Shown here piece by piece: positions 46,575-60,706 of a stretch of 64,000 bases of DNA. Numbering within the stretch: the stretch's first letter is position 1; each line of letters begins with the position of its first letter. This DNA comes from Felis catus. Taxonomy: Eukaryota. The position numbers and the translations under genes are program-made. The stretch is taken from assembly GCF_018350175.1 (NCBI RefSeq), contig NC_058368.1, positions 70,434,001 to 70,498,000 on the forward strand, read 5' to 3'. The notes under the pieces are model-generated. The model had not been told where the DNA came from. It saw nothing but the letters and a program-made list of their open reading frames with translations, and did no database searches.

Positions 46575-48584
46575 TCTTTATTTCTTTCAGCTTAGGGGGC
46601 AAGTGAGAGAGAGATGGAGAGAGAATACCATGAGGGGCACAGAGATTGAGAGGGAGGGAGGGAGGGAGGGAAGGAGAGAGAGAGAGAAAAGCAGGGCTCA
46701 CCTGAAGCGGGGCTCATGCTCTCCTGAAGCTGGGCTCAAGCTCATCCAGTGCAGGACTTGAACTCATGAACCATGAGATCATGACCTGAACCAAAGTCAT
46801 ATGCTTAACCCCCTGAGCCACCCAGGTGCCCGACTTTCTAACGTATTAAAGTTGGAGTATTAAAGACTGAAATCCAGCGTTTGATTATGTCTTAAGATGA
46901 CAGTGTGGCAACGTCGGGCTGAATTGTTAAGTGACAGAAGTCTACTGATCATGTACTTTATGCCATCTACTTCCCCTGTTTCACTGATTCCTGCCTGACC
47001 TTTTTAGGACTTGAACAGATTTCCTTGCCAATAACCACACATTTTTCCCTTTTTTAAAATTACTTTTTTTTTTCTCTCTCTCTCTCTCAGAGTTTATTGC
47101 AGAGTTCAGAACTATGCACAAACCTCTTCATTCACTTTTTCAGAGTTGTTCTTACTGTTGGATAATTTATTCTGTATTTATGTGTAACATTCATAGTTTT
47201 CTTCTTTGGGCTTTGTGAGTTCAAGGCCTGCATCGGGCTCTGTGCTGTCAGCTTGGAGCCTGGAGCCTGCTTTGGGTTCTGTGTCTCCTTCTTTCTCTGC
47301 CCCTCCCCCACTTGTGCTCTGTCTCTCTGTGTCTCTCAAAAATAAATAAATGTAAAAATAAAAAAAAAATTAAATTATTATTTTATTATAATTGTATTCC
47401 CTGTCTAATTAGCACTTTTAACAATTACTGCTTTTTATGCTTAACGAAAAGCTTAATGTTTGTATAAAATCTTCCTAAGAAGGATAAACCTGAGTAGCGT
47501 CCAGCATAGCGGCAGGACCAAAATAAAAGTGATTGATGCCATTGTTGATGAGTTGCAGATACGACACACTTTTCTCTGGCATGCAAGCCACTGTGTTATG
47601 CCCTGTTTTAGAACTTCTTTTCAAATTTTATTGCCCTTTTTTCCCACCTAACTCACACTCTCTAAACATTTTAGGTACAGAATATATTTTTGTATCAATA
47701 TACAAAAGGCACGTTCTCCTCCTTGCCTCTTTGTTGTGCTTGTTTTTTTGAAATTGTTATTAGTCTTTTCTCTTGTTCGCTTCCCTGATATATTTTACAA
47801 GCACCGGTCCGGTAACCAGCATGTGTTGGCTGCCCTTGTGAGCCAGGCACTCTGCCCTGTTGTTTGGTGACCTCTCTGAGGAGGAGTCAGCGTGGCAGGA
47901 TCCCAGTGTCAGTGAATTGTCCTCAGTACATGAGGAACAGGAGTGGATTTGTGGGTGGCTTACGGCGTTTTACTTTTGAACACCATAGGGAAATGAATGT
48001 AACAAAAATAAACTTGAGACCTTTTGATTCCCAGGCAGTTTTATGGAAGTCTTTGTTGAGATTACACCAGAAGGCACTCTCGTTCCTCCCTAACTTGGTC
48101 ACTGAAGATAAGTTTCATTGAGTTTTCTTCTGGGAAGCCTGGAGGCCCAAAGAAAAAATCATAACGGAAGCAGGAGGTGTCCCTTGTGGTGCCCGGCTTA
48201 TTGCACTTTTTTGGACTTCTACACTTATTTTTGCTTTAGCCCCTTTCTGATGAAAACTTTCAGGAAGTTACTTCATGAGACAGTATTCTTGTGGAACCCT
48301 GAGAAGTTTACCAAATAGGTGGTCAGAAATAGGAAAACCAATATGATAGGATATGGCGGCCTCTCCTCTCCGGGGTGTGAACCACACTGGGGTTTTTGAC
48401 GAGTGTATTTTTACTTGGGCGCCTTGTGGGGACGGTGGAGTTGCTGGGTTGCTGCCTTCTTCCCCCCAGTCCCAGCCCTTCTCTCTCTCATTAGCTGTGA
48501 TGCTTCTGTTACAGCCCACATGGCTAAGCTTTGCAAGATCTGTGGTTAGTGTCCTCAGTACGGAAAAGTCATGTATTTTTATTC

Positions 48585-49156
48585 AGGTAGAATTCACATA
48601 AGACAAAATTCACCATTTTAAAGTGTTCAGTCGTTGTCTTCTAGTACATTTACGTTGTTGTGCAATCATTACCGATCACTGTCCGATTCCAGAACTTTTA
48701 TCACCCCAAAAAGAAACCCAGTACCCACATTAAGCAGCCACTCACCATTCCCTTCTCTTCCCTTCCCCTGACAGCCACTAATCTGCTTCTTGTCTGTATG
48801 AATTTTTAAATTCTGAGCATTACATGTAAATGGAATCATGCAGTATGTGGCTTTTGTGGCTGCTTTCATTCACTTAATATGTTTTCAAGGTCCATCCATA
48901 CTGTAGCAGGTATCAGCACTACAGTCCCTTTCTGACTGAATGATTTTCTATTGTAAGGATAGACCACATTTTGTTTGTCCGTTCATCTGCTGATGAACAT
49001 TTGGGGGGCGTTTTCACTTTTTTGGCTATTATGATAGTGCTGCTGTGCATATTTAAATTTTAGTTTGAACATCTGTTCTCAGTTCTCTTGGGTATATAAC
49101 AAAGAGTAGATATGCTGGTTCAGATGGTAATTCTGTGTTTAATTTTTTGAGGAACC
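48585..49156 (-). mobile_element. Old L1 (L1MB-like) 3' end
   Basis: aaaattcaccattttaaagtg...cattacatgtaaatggaatcatgcagtatgtgg...atggtaattctgtgtttaattttttgaggaacc. Confidence 0.8.
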
Positions 49157-52025
49157 AAAAAGATAACATGCAAAGCACTAAAAATAGTAATAATGAAAAT
49201 CTTTTTGGACCATGGACCATGATATCAAGATATCATATTTCCTTGTTCTACATTAGAAAACCTTTTTTTCTTTAGAGTCAAGGCAGAACTGGGTTTAAAT
49301 CTCAGCCCCTCAACTAACTAGCTGTGACCTTGGGCAAGTAATTTAACCTTTTTAAGCCTATTTTTCACCTAGAGTATGCAGATAAGTAATTGCTGCCGCA
49401 TGATTACGGTAAACATTCACTGAGACGGCAGTATACAGAAAGTGCTTTTTTAAGCACAGTGCCTGGTGTGAAGTAATCCACATATACTGTAATAATTATT
49501 TTAGGATGATACATAGTCAACAAAGCCTGATTGCTATGCACTGCCACAAAGAGATGGCTGTGTACTTTGGTTGTACCGAAGAGGTGAATGACCCAAAAGA
49601 AAGTATCTTAAACTTTGCTGTTTTATATTATCTTGGGCATAGATGTTTTGCAGCTTTACTTTTAGATTAATGCATTGTCTGTTCTCAAAATTTATAACAT
49701 CTCTATTTTCAGAGGTGGAAGGACCTGTTGCAGAGAAGTGACTTTTTTTTAAAGTTTAATTTGATCACTGCTTGGTTACTTCATGTATGAACCACTTCCT
49801 GGCTCTACTCACAGGGAGGCCAGAAGATTGCTAGTGACTTGCCTTACCTCAGTGCATAGGGATTTCATGAAACTTTTTACTGAATTAGTAGCTAACTAAA
49901 CAAAAATTATTTTTTATTAAAAAAACTTGAATATCTTATGAACAGATCATTCAGAGATTACCACTTGTAATATTTTGATAGATGCTTCTTAAACTCATGT
50001 ACTAATGTACTATTTTTAAAAATATTATATAATAATCCTGCCAGAAATGTTGCGTACTTACTATTTAGGAACATCTTCCCAATGCATGAAATAGTTTTCT
50101 GCTACTTAAAATCGAATAATATTCCAATTTACGGATAGAACATAATTTATCTGTTTTCCTGCTGGAAATTCATGTCGTTTCTAGTCTTTTCACTGTTATA
50201 AACGTTGCTGTGATGAGTATCTTTGTAGCAAAATCTTTGTGCACATCCATGATAATTACTTTGGGCTAAATTCCTAGATAAATATATATATTTTTTAGGT
50301 GAGAGGGTTTATGTATTTTTTAAAACTTTCGATCAGTTCAGCATTTAATAAGTGTCCACTGCTCTGTGTTGCAGAGCTGCAGTCTTTATGTCTCTAGTCA
50401 CAGTTGCATTGACTTTAGTATATAGGGCACCACTTTGATTTCTAGTACCGACGTTTGTCACTGTATATGTCTTTCACTTAAAACCTACCATGCAGGTGAA
50501 AGTCCCTTTTATCCCTGGAGCTCGGTGTCAGTGCAGCATAGGAAGCAGTTTTATTTGCAGTCAGATCGTCAGGGTTTGAGCCTGGCTCTGCCTCTCCCTA
50601 GCCAGTATAGCAGACACCTCGCACAGCATTTCAGCGCACTGATCCTCACCTCTTATTCCATGTTTTTCTACAGTCTTATTTGGATTAGTTGGTCTGGTTT
50701 GGCAAAGTGTATTTGTCTGTTCCTCCCACAGGGCTTCTTTTCTGTGGCCACTCGAGACTATTGAAGGATGATGGATAAAAATGCTTTTCTGTCTTCCCTA
50801 AGTCATGGTTCTGAGATACATTCACAAGGCTTCTTAGAAAAAACTGCGGATCAAATACTGGTCAGAAACATCTATCGCTTGTAGTGGTGCCCAATTTGAT
50901 AATGAATCCTTGTACTGACTCTCCCTCCCTATTTGATTCCCCATGTCCTTAATTCCTGCTCCCTGGGATCACATTCCAAAATACACCGCCTGTCTATAAA
51001 CCTTTGTCTTGCCCTTTACTTTCAATGGAACTCCAAGACATGGACAGGTAGCTTCTCTTTGAGTCACAGTTTTCTCGTGTATCTACATTTAGAGAGGGTG
51101 GTTTCTACCTCACATAATTCATTCACCAAATACACTGAAACATGACTGTGTGCCAGGTGCTGTTCTGGGCGTGGGAATGTATCAGAGAGCTAGACAAACA
51201 AGGACCCTACCTTCATAGAGTTTATATTCCGGTGAAGGAGACCAAGAAGTAAGCAAAGAAGGATTTCGAATAGTGAAAAATGCTATAAAATAAATAAAAC
51301 AGGATGATGTGCTCCAGAGCAATATATGAGTTATCAGAGAAAGCCAGTCTGAGGAGATGCTATTTGAAATGGGGACTGAATGATGAGGATACACTGGACT
51401 TGGGAAGAACATTTTGGGTAGAGGGAGTAGCAGCTGTAAAGGTCCTGAGGTGTGAGTGTCAGGAGCGAGGTAGTACACATAAAGTGCTGTGTATGGTACT
51501 TTGCTCTTAGTAAGTGCTCAATACATGTTGGATAGAATTAGTAGTAAGATTTGATCAAGGAGACAGCCTGTCATTAACTACACAGCAGTATGTGGCCAGT
51601 TTTGTCTCATGAATTGACAAAAAGTGACTTCGTAAAATAAGCAGATAGTTGTACAGGATGTGAACAGAGTTATGTGGTATATTTTTCTTTGTTGATATGG
51701 TGAAGTACATTGAGTTGCTTTGCATTCCTGGTATAACTTCACTTGGTTCTAATGTTTTACCCTTTTTCTGTGTAGCTGAATTCAGTTTGCTGACATTTTG
51801 TTGAGAATTTTGCATCTCTGTTCCTGAGATACCGTCTTTTGTTTTAATGTGTGTCTGGTTTTGGTATCAGTGTAATGTTTTCATAAAATGAATTGGGAAC
51901 TGTTCTGTCCTCTTTTTTATGGTGGAAGAATTTGTGCAGAATTGGTACTATTTTTCTCTTAAATGCTTGATAGAATTTTCCAGTGAAGCCATCAGGTCTG
52001 GAGTTTTCTTTGTTGGAAGACTTTT

Positions 52026-52235
52026 TTTTTTTTTTTTTTATTTTTAATTTTATTTTATTTTTTATTTTTTTTCAATATATGAAATTTATTGTCAAATTGG
52101 TTTCCATACAACACCCAGTGCTCATCCCAAAAGGTGCCCTCCTCAATACCCATCACCCACCCACCCCTCCCTCCCACCCCCCATCAACCCTCAGTTTGTT
52201 CTCAGTTTTTAACAGTCTCTTATGCTTTGGCTCTC
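52026..52235 (-). mobile_element. Young 5'-truncated feline L1 3' end
   Basis: PolyT tail plus carnivore L1 3'UTR (acacccagtgctcatccc...accctcagtttgttctc). Perfect 15-bp TSD tgttggaagactttt at 52011-52025 and 52236-52250. Confidence 0.88.
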
Positions 52236-53449
52236 TGTTGGAAGACTTTTAACTAAGAAATTAAATTTCTTCATTTCTGTAGTTCTATAGAACTATTCAA
52301 GTTACCCAATTCTTTTTGAGTGAGCTTTGGTAGACTGTATCTTTCAAAAAATTTGTCGATTTCATCTAAGTTGTCAAATAAAGGGACAAAATATCATTTC
52401 TACTATTCCCCTATTTTTTAAAAAATTATTTGTACTAAAAAGTACATACATGAAATTTACTATTCTAAACATTTTTAGGTGTACAGTCCACTGACATTAT
52501 GTACATTTTACAATGTTGTGCAACTTCTTCTTATCCTATTAATGTCTAAGGGATCTGTAGTGATGCCCTCTCCTTCATTCCTGGTATTGGTACTTGTGTC
52601 TCCTTTTTTTTTTTTTTTTTTTTTTTCTGATCAGTCTTCCTAGAGTTGTATCAGTTTCATTGATCTCAAAGAATCACTTTTAGTTTTATTGATTTTTTTT
52701 CCCTGTTACATTTTGGTTTTCTATTTCATTGACCTGCCCATGTATTATTTCTTTTGATCTACTTGCTTACGGTTTAATTTGCTCTTCTTTTTCCTTTTTT
52801 TTTTTTTTTAAGTTTGTAGCCTATATCATTATTTGAGAACTTTCTCTTCCTGTATGAGCATTTAATGCTATAAATTTCCCTCTAAACACCTCTTTATTTT
52901 CAGGCCACAAATTTTGCTTGATTGTACTTTCACTTTTCATTGTCGTTAACATATATTCTAATTTTCCTTGTGACTCCTCTCTTTGACCTAGATACTATAT
53001 ATGTTATTTTCTAATTTGGGGGAGATTTTCCATCCATCTTTCTGTTGTTTTTTTATTTCATTTCATTTCAGAGAAGAAGAGAAAGGGAGAGGGTCAGAGG
53101 AAAAGAGAGAATGATAAGCAGAATGTTAAGAGAATGTCCATGCTCACTATGGAGCCCCATAGTGGGGCTCGATCCCATGACCCAAGACACTCAACTGAGC
53201 CTCCCATTCGCCCCCTGTTATTTTCTAGTTTAATTCTCTTATAGTTGGAGAACATACTTTGTATGATTTTAATTTCTTTATATTTATTGAGGTGAGTTTT
53301 ATGACCTGGAACATGATCTTTCTTGGGGAATGTTCTAAATGCACTCGAAAAAAAAAATGTAATTTGCTGTTGTTGGGTGGAGTGTTCAATAAAAGTCATT
53401 CAGGTCAAATTGGTCGATGTTGTTTTTCAAGTCTTATGTATTTTCACTG

Positions 53450-53771
53450 ATTGCCATAAGAGCATATCGCAGACCGCATAGCTTAAACAACAGAAATTTA
53501 TATTCTCACAAGTTGAGAGGCTGGAAGTCCAAGCTCAAGGTGTTGGCGAGTTTGGTTTTTCCTGAGGCCTTCCTCCGGGGCTTGTAGGTGGCTGTTTTCC
53601 TGTGAGTTCACGTGGTCTTTCTTTGTATGTGTGCATCCCTGGTGTCTCGTCTTCTTAGGTCCCGACTTTTATGGCTTCTTTTATACCTCTTTAAAGGCCC
53701 TGTTTCCACATAGAGTCACATTGAGGGTTGGGGTATATGAATTTTGGGGGGACACAATTCAGTCCGTAACA
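53450..53771 (-). mobile_element. MaLR LTR (MLT1A-like) nested in the L1 fragment
   Basis: gcttaaacaacagaaatttatattctcac...ggctggaagtccaagctcaaggtg...ggggacacaattcagtccgtaaca. Confidence 0.75.
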
Positions 53772-54494
53772 CTGATTTTGTCTTTTATTATGGATACCAA
53801 GAGAGGAGTGCTGAAGCATCCGACCTGGGATTTATCTGTTGCTGTTTTCAGTTCTATCAGTTTTTGTTGTATGTATTTTGAGGTTCTTCTCAGTTTTCAA
53901 ATTCTGTGATTCACTGTGTGCGCCTCCCCCCCCCACCACGTTTTATTATGAAGATTTTCAAACATGCTTTAATGTTGAAAGAATGGTAGTTAACACGATG
54001 GACCTACCAACTTAGATTCTACAACATTTTCTTGTATTTGCTTTATCACATATCCATCCCTCTGTTTATTTCATCAGTCTCTCTTATTTTTGTATGTATT
54101 TCAAAGTAAGTTGTAGCACTGTATCTCTAAACACACTAAACACTCTTAAACATGTCATTAATTTGAATTTAATAATTGTTTAAAGTTCTTTTGGGGGGGA
54201 TTAAAATTTTCATATAGTGAAATGTACACATCGTGAGTTGGTTGTACATCTTGCTGTCCATAGTCCTATGGTGTGGGATTTCTGGGACATTTGTATATTG
54301 TTGCTTTGTGCATAGATTTTGGGATCCTGATTTTGCTCATCTTAAGAGGAGGACTTACAGATAGAGTTACCTGATTTAAGTTATCAGATTTGTATTTTTA
54401 GGGGTTTGTTTAGGCCAGAATTAAAATGATTGTATAAGTAGGATCAGTTATTAATTCAGTAAGTATTTTATTTATTTTTGTCTTGATGTTTAAT

Positions 54495-54921
54495 TGTTGT
54501 AAAATATACATAACATAAAATCAACATCTCAGCCATTTTTAAGGGTACAGTTCTGTGGCATTAAGTACATTCACATTGTTGTTGTGCATCTATCTCTAGA
54601 ACTCTTTTCATGTTGTAAAACTGAAACTCTGTAACCATTGAACAACTCCCTATTCCTCCCTCCCCCACCACCTGGCAACCACCATTCTACATCCTGTTTC
54701 TATGAGTTTGACTAGTTAGGTACTTCATATAAGTGGAGTTATATGGTATTTATCTTTTTATCTCTGGCTTATTTCACTCAGCATAATGTGTGAAAGGTTG
54801 TCCCTCTTGTAGCTTGTGTCAGAGTTTCCTTCCTTTTCAAGAGGGAATACTATTCTGTTAAATGTGTAGAACACATTTTGTTTATCCACTTATCCATCGA
54901 TGGACACTGGGTGGCTTCCAC
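54495..54921 (-). mobile_element. Old L1 (L1MB-like) 3' end
   Basis: gtaaaatatacataacataaaat...cctggcaaccaccattctac...tggcttatttcactcagcataatg...catcgatggacactgggtggcttccac. Confidence 0.8.
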
Positions 54922-55076
54922 CAGTATTTATTGAGCACCTCTTATACATCAGTCACCTTTCATTAAACAGACATTTGTTGACTGCCTTATGAGCCAGGGC
55001 TTGTTCCAGGCAAGGGGGATACTGCAGCAGTGAATATATCAAAGTTGCTGCCTTGAAGAAGCAACACACAAAGAAA

Positions 55077-55245
55077 CCTATTTCTTGATTCTAAGTTGCA
55101 TTTTTCATATTTTAGTGTTTCTAAAACTGGGTGAATTTTATAATTGATGCCATCTTAGAATTTTGTAAGGCAGTGTTTCTTTTTTAGTGACACCTAAAAT
55201 AATGGTTTATCTTACAGTTTGAATCATAGATTTGATGAATCACTG
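55077..55245. mobile_element. Tc2/mariner-type MITE (MER104-like)
   Basis: tatttcttgattctaag...gatgccatcttagaa...tagatttgatgaa; imperfect inverted termini. Confidence 0.5.
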
Positions 55246-55854
55246 TTTAATAAGTCAGTTGTTGATAAGTGCTATGAAAAAAATAATCCAGAACAAAGGG
55301 GATAGAAAGTTAGTTACATGGGGTATTCACAGATAAGGTGACATTTGAGCAAAGCACATGTTCTGTTCAGTTGATTTTTTTTTTTTCTTCAAAGTGAGAC
55401 TTCCTGAAGGATGCAGTGTGCTAGTTCACATTCTGCTGCAAACTTCATACCTAACTGTGTGACTGCTAGCAGTTCGTGGACTGGTTACTTTGGGTAGCAT
55501 TGGTGTAGAGGGTAAAGCGCTGGCCAAGTGGGGATAGGGATGGGGGTTTGGGAATATTCTCAAGATGGGCCTGGGTCTTGTACACATAGGAAAGGCAAGG
55601 ATGTTGGAATTTCCTTCCTTCCTTTCTCTCTCTCTCTTCTCTTTCATTCATTCATTCATTCATTCATTCATTCGTTCATTTATTTATTTCGAGGTAGGGG
55701 GCAGAGGGAGAGAGAGAGAATCCCAAGCAGGCTCTGTGCTGTCAGTGCAGAATCTGACATAGGGTTTGATCCCATGAATTGTGAGATCATGACCTACCTG
55801 AGCCAAAATCAAGAGTTGGACGCCCAATGACTGAGCCCCCCAGGAGCCCTGGGA

Positions 55855-57080
55855 TTTTCCATCTTAGTAACTGGCAGCAGTTTTTCCAGTTGCTCAGAAC
55901 AAAAACGTTGACTTCTCCATTTTGCCCGTACTTTACACCCAGTCAGCCAGCAAATCTTGCCTGCTGTGCCTTCAGAGCATATCCTAGTTCTACCAGTCTT
56001 ACCACCCCTACCTAAACCACCATGGTGCAGGCCATCCTCACCCCTTCCTGGATTATCATGATAGCCTCCTAAATGGTCTCCTTTCTTCTACACTTGCCTT
56101 CCCATAATCTCTTCTCAATATAGCCACCAAAATGATCCTTTGAAAACATGACTGATAATGTTATTCCTCTCCTTAAATCCCCCCAAATATCCTGTCACTC
56201 CTAGAGGAAAGGTTAAAGTCCTTATGCTGGCTTACAGAGCTCTGCACTGTCCACTACCCCATTTCTTTGACCTTCTATCTTGCCTGTCTGCCTTTTGCTT
56301 CTTTTGCTCTCAGCTGCCTTTGGCATCCTTACTGCTGCTTAATCGTACTGAGCATGTTCCTGTCTCAAAGCTTGCTGTTTCTCTGCCAGAAATACAGTTC
56401 CCCAGATACCTGCAAGGCCCACTTCCTCAGGTCCCTGCTCAAATGTCACCATATCAGAAGGGCCTTTGAATCACCTTATGTAAGACAACGCCCCTCTTTC
56501 CCATCAGTACTGTGCTTTCCCCTAAATCAGGATAGGTTAGGTCATGCTGCGGTGGCAAACAACTGCAAAATATTGGGTACCTTGTCGTTTTAACGACAAG
56601 TTTTGTTTCTCACTGAAGGTACTCCTCTGTCGCCTGGGAGGTCTGCTCCACACTGTCTTCACTCTGGGATCCGTCTCATAGCCTAGCTGCCATCTTGAGC
56701 ACTGGCAGAGGGAAACACCATTCACTGCTCTTCAAGTATCTCCACAGGAGTGACATCTATCACGTTTACTTGGCCAAAGCAAGTCATGTTGTCATACCTA
56801 ACTTCAGCTAGGGGCAGGTATGAGTGGCTAAGCAGTCTTATCATGTATCTGGAAAGAGACCAGGAAATCCATGGTGGGTAACACCACCACACTTTTTATC
56901 CTGCTTCATTTTTCTATAGCATTTGTTTCCCTCTGACACAATACATAATCACCTAGCTTTGTGTATTTTCTTTTTTCTCCTGTCTAGGCCACAAAGGAGT
57001 GGGACTTTGTCCATCATTAATTACTGCACCCCAGGGTGTAGGATAATGTGTGTTTATAAGAGGTGCTTATTAATTTTAGG
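55855..57080 (+). mobile_element. L2 LINE 3' fragment with an embedded MLT1-like piece
   Basis: cctggattatcatgatagcctcctaaatggtctcc...gccaccaaaatgatccttt...ctgctcaaatgtcacc; typical L2 3' region. Further L2-like pieces at ~31840-33400 and ~51120-51540. Confidence 0.6.
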
Positions 57081-58649
57081 GCATGGTTGAAATAATCAGA
57101 GGTCATCATTTATTTCTTCACTTGGTGACATGTGAGTCAAGTCAGGAGTGTGGAACAGGGAGGTTTGAGGAGAGGGGAGGAGGTCATATGAAAATGAGAA
57201 GTTGGAGAAAAGCAGTAGATTGCTGGTTGGTGGAGAGCGTCCACTGAGGTTTGAGACCGTGGACCTGCAGGGAAATGTTGCAGCTCAGCCGTACGATTTC
57301 CTCCAGTAACATCAAGCTGCTCCTGAGCTGGCAAGGTAGGGGCAGGAATGACTGTCAGGCCCATTTCATGAGGATAGGTGGAAACCCAAGTTGAAGAAGG
57401 AAACAGGATCCTCGCTGCCCCTTCAGGGTGCAACTCTATCACCCCTACTCCGTCTTCTGCCCTGTCAGAAAGATGACGGAGCTTCCCTGGGGCAGAGGAA
57501 GCCCTTTCTCCTGGGTGGTGAGAGTGTGGTGGCAAGAGCCATCTCCCCTCTCTGCATTCTTCGTTTCACTTGCTCCTCATATGCTTTTAAGGTAGATTGT
57601 CTTCCCTTCGTTTTGTAGGTGAGCAGATAAAAGCTTAAATGGCTCAGGATAGAATTTAGGTTGGTCATGCTCATAGCCACAGTGCTCTTTCGTACTTTTG
57701 AGATGCTAGGCAATGAGGAACTCTCAATTTTTAGATTCCCTGGAGCTTTGATTGCAGCTGGGTCACGAAGACAGCACATAGCTCCTTTTACTAATGGTTC
57801 CAATTCAGATGTGTGCAAGACCTTACCAGAAAGGAAACAGTTGGTCTATTTTTATATGCTTAAATGGGTGCAATAACCACATTACCAACTGTAACTAGTA
57901 GATTCACTCCCAGGAATTTCTCATGAATACAGTTAAAGTATACTTGACACAATCTGAGAATGTTGCCATCGGTGATACTTTCCCTTGGCCTTACCTGTTG
58001 ATGATCTGAACATTTCATATGTCCAAGGAGCTGTGACAGGCTGTACCTGGAAACAAGGGTGCAGAGTGGGGAAAAGCCCCTGAGGGTAAAATGGTTCACT
58101 GGGGCTGATGGAGGAAGTGGCCATTGAGCTGTAACTTGAAGGCTGTATAAGACTCAGACGCGGCTCTCAGATGAGAAACTGACTTGGGCCCCGGTAGTAC
58201 CCATGGGGGAAAATCTCAGCATGCCACTGTAGTCAGCAATGGCAGCACTTTTAACTGCCCTTTAAATTTTTTAAATAAATGTTGATGTGAACCCCATGCG
58301 TGCTCGGAGCTAACTGGTCAATTTAATAGAAGACATCCTCCTCTATTTCTTCACACTTCGGTGACTGTTTTCTTAATGGTGGAAGTTACTGGCTGTAAAC
58401 TTGGTTTGGTCTCATGTAAAAGCCAAACAACAGTGAACCCCTGCCAGCAAATTCCACGTGTTTTCCGGTGCCCTTTGATCACTTACCTCTGCAGGTACAG
58501 GTTTTGAAAATACATGTTAATAAGAACTAAATTCCAGAGTTTGCAAACTTGGTCTTCATTGTAATAGAAGTGAATTCTCTTACTTTTCACCCAGGTAGTT
58601 TTTTAAATCTTAGAATCAATCATTCTGAAAGAAGTTTTCTTTCTCCTAG

Positions 58650-58777
58650 ATAAGGCCCCTCTGTCCAAGGGTCTTTTGCTGGTCCCCAGTGCCCTGTCCC
58701 TCTTGCTGGCCCTCCTCCTACCACACTGTCAGAGGTTCTTCGCGTATGACCTCCAAGCCATCAAGGATGACTTCCAG
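58650..58777 (+). CDS. UBAC2: UBAC2 coding exon 2 (128 nt)
   Basis: Acceptor ttttctttctcctag|AT, donor CAG|gtgagc. Translates (Y)KAPLSKGLLLVPSALSLLLALLLPHCQRFFAYDLQAIKDDFQ, closely matching recalled human UBAC2 (YKAPLSKSLLLVPSALSLLLALLLPHCQ...). 31+128 nt = 53 codons. Confidence 0.97.
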
Positions 58778-59358
58778 GTGAGCTCTGTTCTATTGGCCCG
58801 TGGGAGGAGAGGAGACGGAACTTTTTCTTGACTTGCTATTTCTTTTCTGCTATTCTTAGTCCCTTGAGACCTCTAAATTTTTAACAAATGATTATTTATT
58901 AATATTCCATTAGCAAGTAAATTTTCTAGTTTTATATTGCTATTTTCAGGAAAGCAGATTATAATGAAGCAGTTGCAGTATATCCTTTTACTACTAGGCA
59001 TGTCCCTTCTCACTTCTTACTCATGGAAATGCAATTTACAATTTCAAAAGAAAAAACAATGTTAAATCTGGGTTTCTTAAATCATTAGTATGCATTCTTA
59101 ACATTTTTGGAAACATTTTCATACTCAACATTTCAAAATTTTATATTCAACGTTTGAGTATTGATCAGATGATTGAAACTCTTCCAGGTCTAACAGATTG
59201 TGAATCTATGAATTACTTTTATAGTGGTGGTTATATCAAGTAGGAAATTTCCCTTGGGTTTTTGCTTCTGGGAAGAGCAGAACTCTATGGCTTTTGAGAT
59301 TTATGGGCTGGTCTCATTGAAAATGCTGCTGCTGGGTCTTGTGTGTGAGTCGGGAGTG

Positions 59359-60245
59359 TGAAAGGGACGTTCTCACACCAGTTCCAATGGAGGAGCTTTC
59401 CCCATACCACCAGGCAATTCTTGGACACCAATTAGGTGTCCTCTAATTCAGCCAACTCCTGATACTGGCTGGAGATAGTGTCGTATCTCACGGGTTAAGG
59501 ATTCAGTCCCACAAGGCTGCCTCCTCCTCCTCCATCATGCAAAGCCCAGATTGTTACCTGTGCTTCTGACCAAGTGGCAACAGATTAGGGGTTACCATGA
59601 TCTCCCCTTTGGACACCAGATGCCAGTTGCAAGTCTAAATTGTTACTAGTACTTAAGACTGGCTGGCTTTAAATCAGAGCCCCATGACCCCCTCCCAGAG
59701 TTCCCATGACCCCCTCCTCAGGTTTGATTAATTTGCTAGAATGGCTCACAGAACTCAGAGAAACATTTGTGCCTTTGAATTACTTGTTTATTACAAAAGG
59801 ATAGGATAAAAGACACAGATAAACATCCAGATAGAAGAAATGCAATGGGCAAGGGATGGGGTAGGGGCACAGAGCTTCCTTGGTCTCTCTCAGGCACCTT
59901 GTGCTCGCCAACCTGGAAGCTCTCTGAACCCTGGCCTTTTGGGTATTAATGGAAGAAGCTTCATTAAATCATTGGCCATTGGCAGTTGATCCAGATTCCA
60001 GCCCCTGCCTCTTCCCTGGGAGGTCAGAGGGTGGGACTGAGAGTTCCAACCCCCTAATCCTGAGGTTGGTTCCCCTGGCAGCCAGCCCCATTCTTAGGTG
60101 CATCTAAAAGTCACACATTGACATAATAAAAGACACCCTTTATGACTTTCATCGCTTAGGAAATTCCAAGGGTTTAAGGGCTGTGTGCCAGAAATGAGAG
60201 TACAAGACCAAATCTGTATTTCTTATTATAAATCACAATATCACA
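59359..60245 (-). mobile_element. MER21-like solo LTR in UBAC2 intron 2
   Basis: Reverse complement starts TGTGATATTGTGA...TTTGGTCTT...AAACCCTTGGAATTTCC and contains CCAATGGCCAATGATTTAAT, matching recalled MER21-family LTRs. Left boundary approximate. Confidence 0.7.
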
Positions 60246-60487
60246 GTGTTAGTGCAAATTATGGTATATAACCTACCACCTTTTCTTTGCTACATACTTG
60301 AATAGCCATTTTAAGCATAATACTCTACTTCTGGAACACTGAAACTTCTCTTCATAGTGATATAATTAATACCTTTGTAAATGTTGGAGCTGTCAAGTTC
60401 CTCTGAAAGTCTTTCAGTTATTTCTCCAAACCACTGCTTTCTGTCAGAATATAATACAGCCTCTGTATTGTTTCAATTGCTATAATG

Positions 60488-60706
60488 CACTGGTTCTTGA
60501 CCCTGGCTACACATTAGAATCACCTGAATAAACTAACCCTCCCCCCACAAACACACGTACACATGCATGTACTCACTTATACTGATGCCAAGTCCTCACC
60601 CTAGACCAACTGGGTTGAAAAATCTAGTGGTAGGCCTGGGCCTTGGTGTGCTTTTTAATAAGACCCCCCAGGGGATTCTAGTGTATGGCCAGCCCTGAGA
60701 ACCACT
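60488..60706. mobile_element. MER5-type hAT MITE
   Basis: Inverted termini cactggttcttga / tgagaaccactg; internal cacattagaatcacctg and ggggattctagtg. Confidence 0.7.

Larger units (their letters stand above)
51684..53880 (-). mobile_element. Old L1 (L1M) ORF2 fragment, with nested insertions
   Basis: ORF 53094..53399 has FFSSAFRTFPKKDHVPGHKTHLNKYKEIKIIQSMFSNYKRIKLEN (L1 endonuclease region). ORF 51555..51815 ends its L1-like part in IPGMQ (RT region). Frameshifted throughout. Confidence 0.88.
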
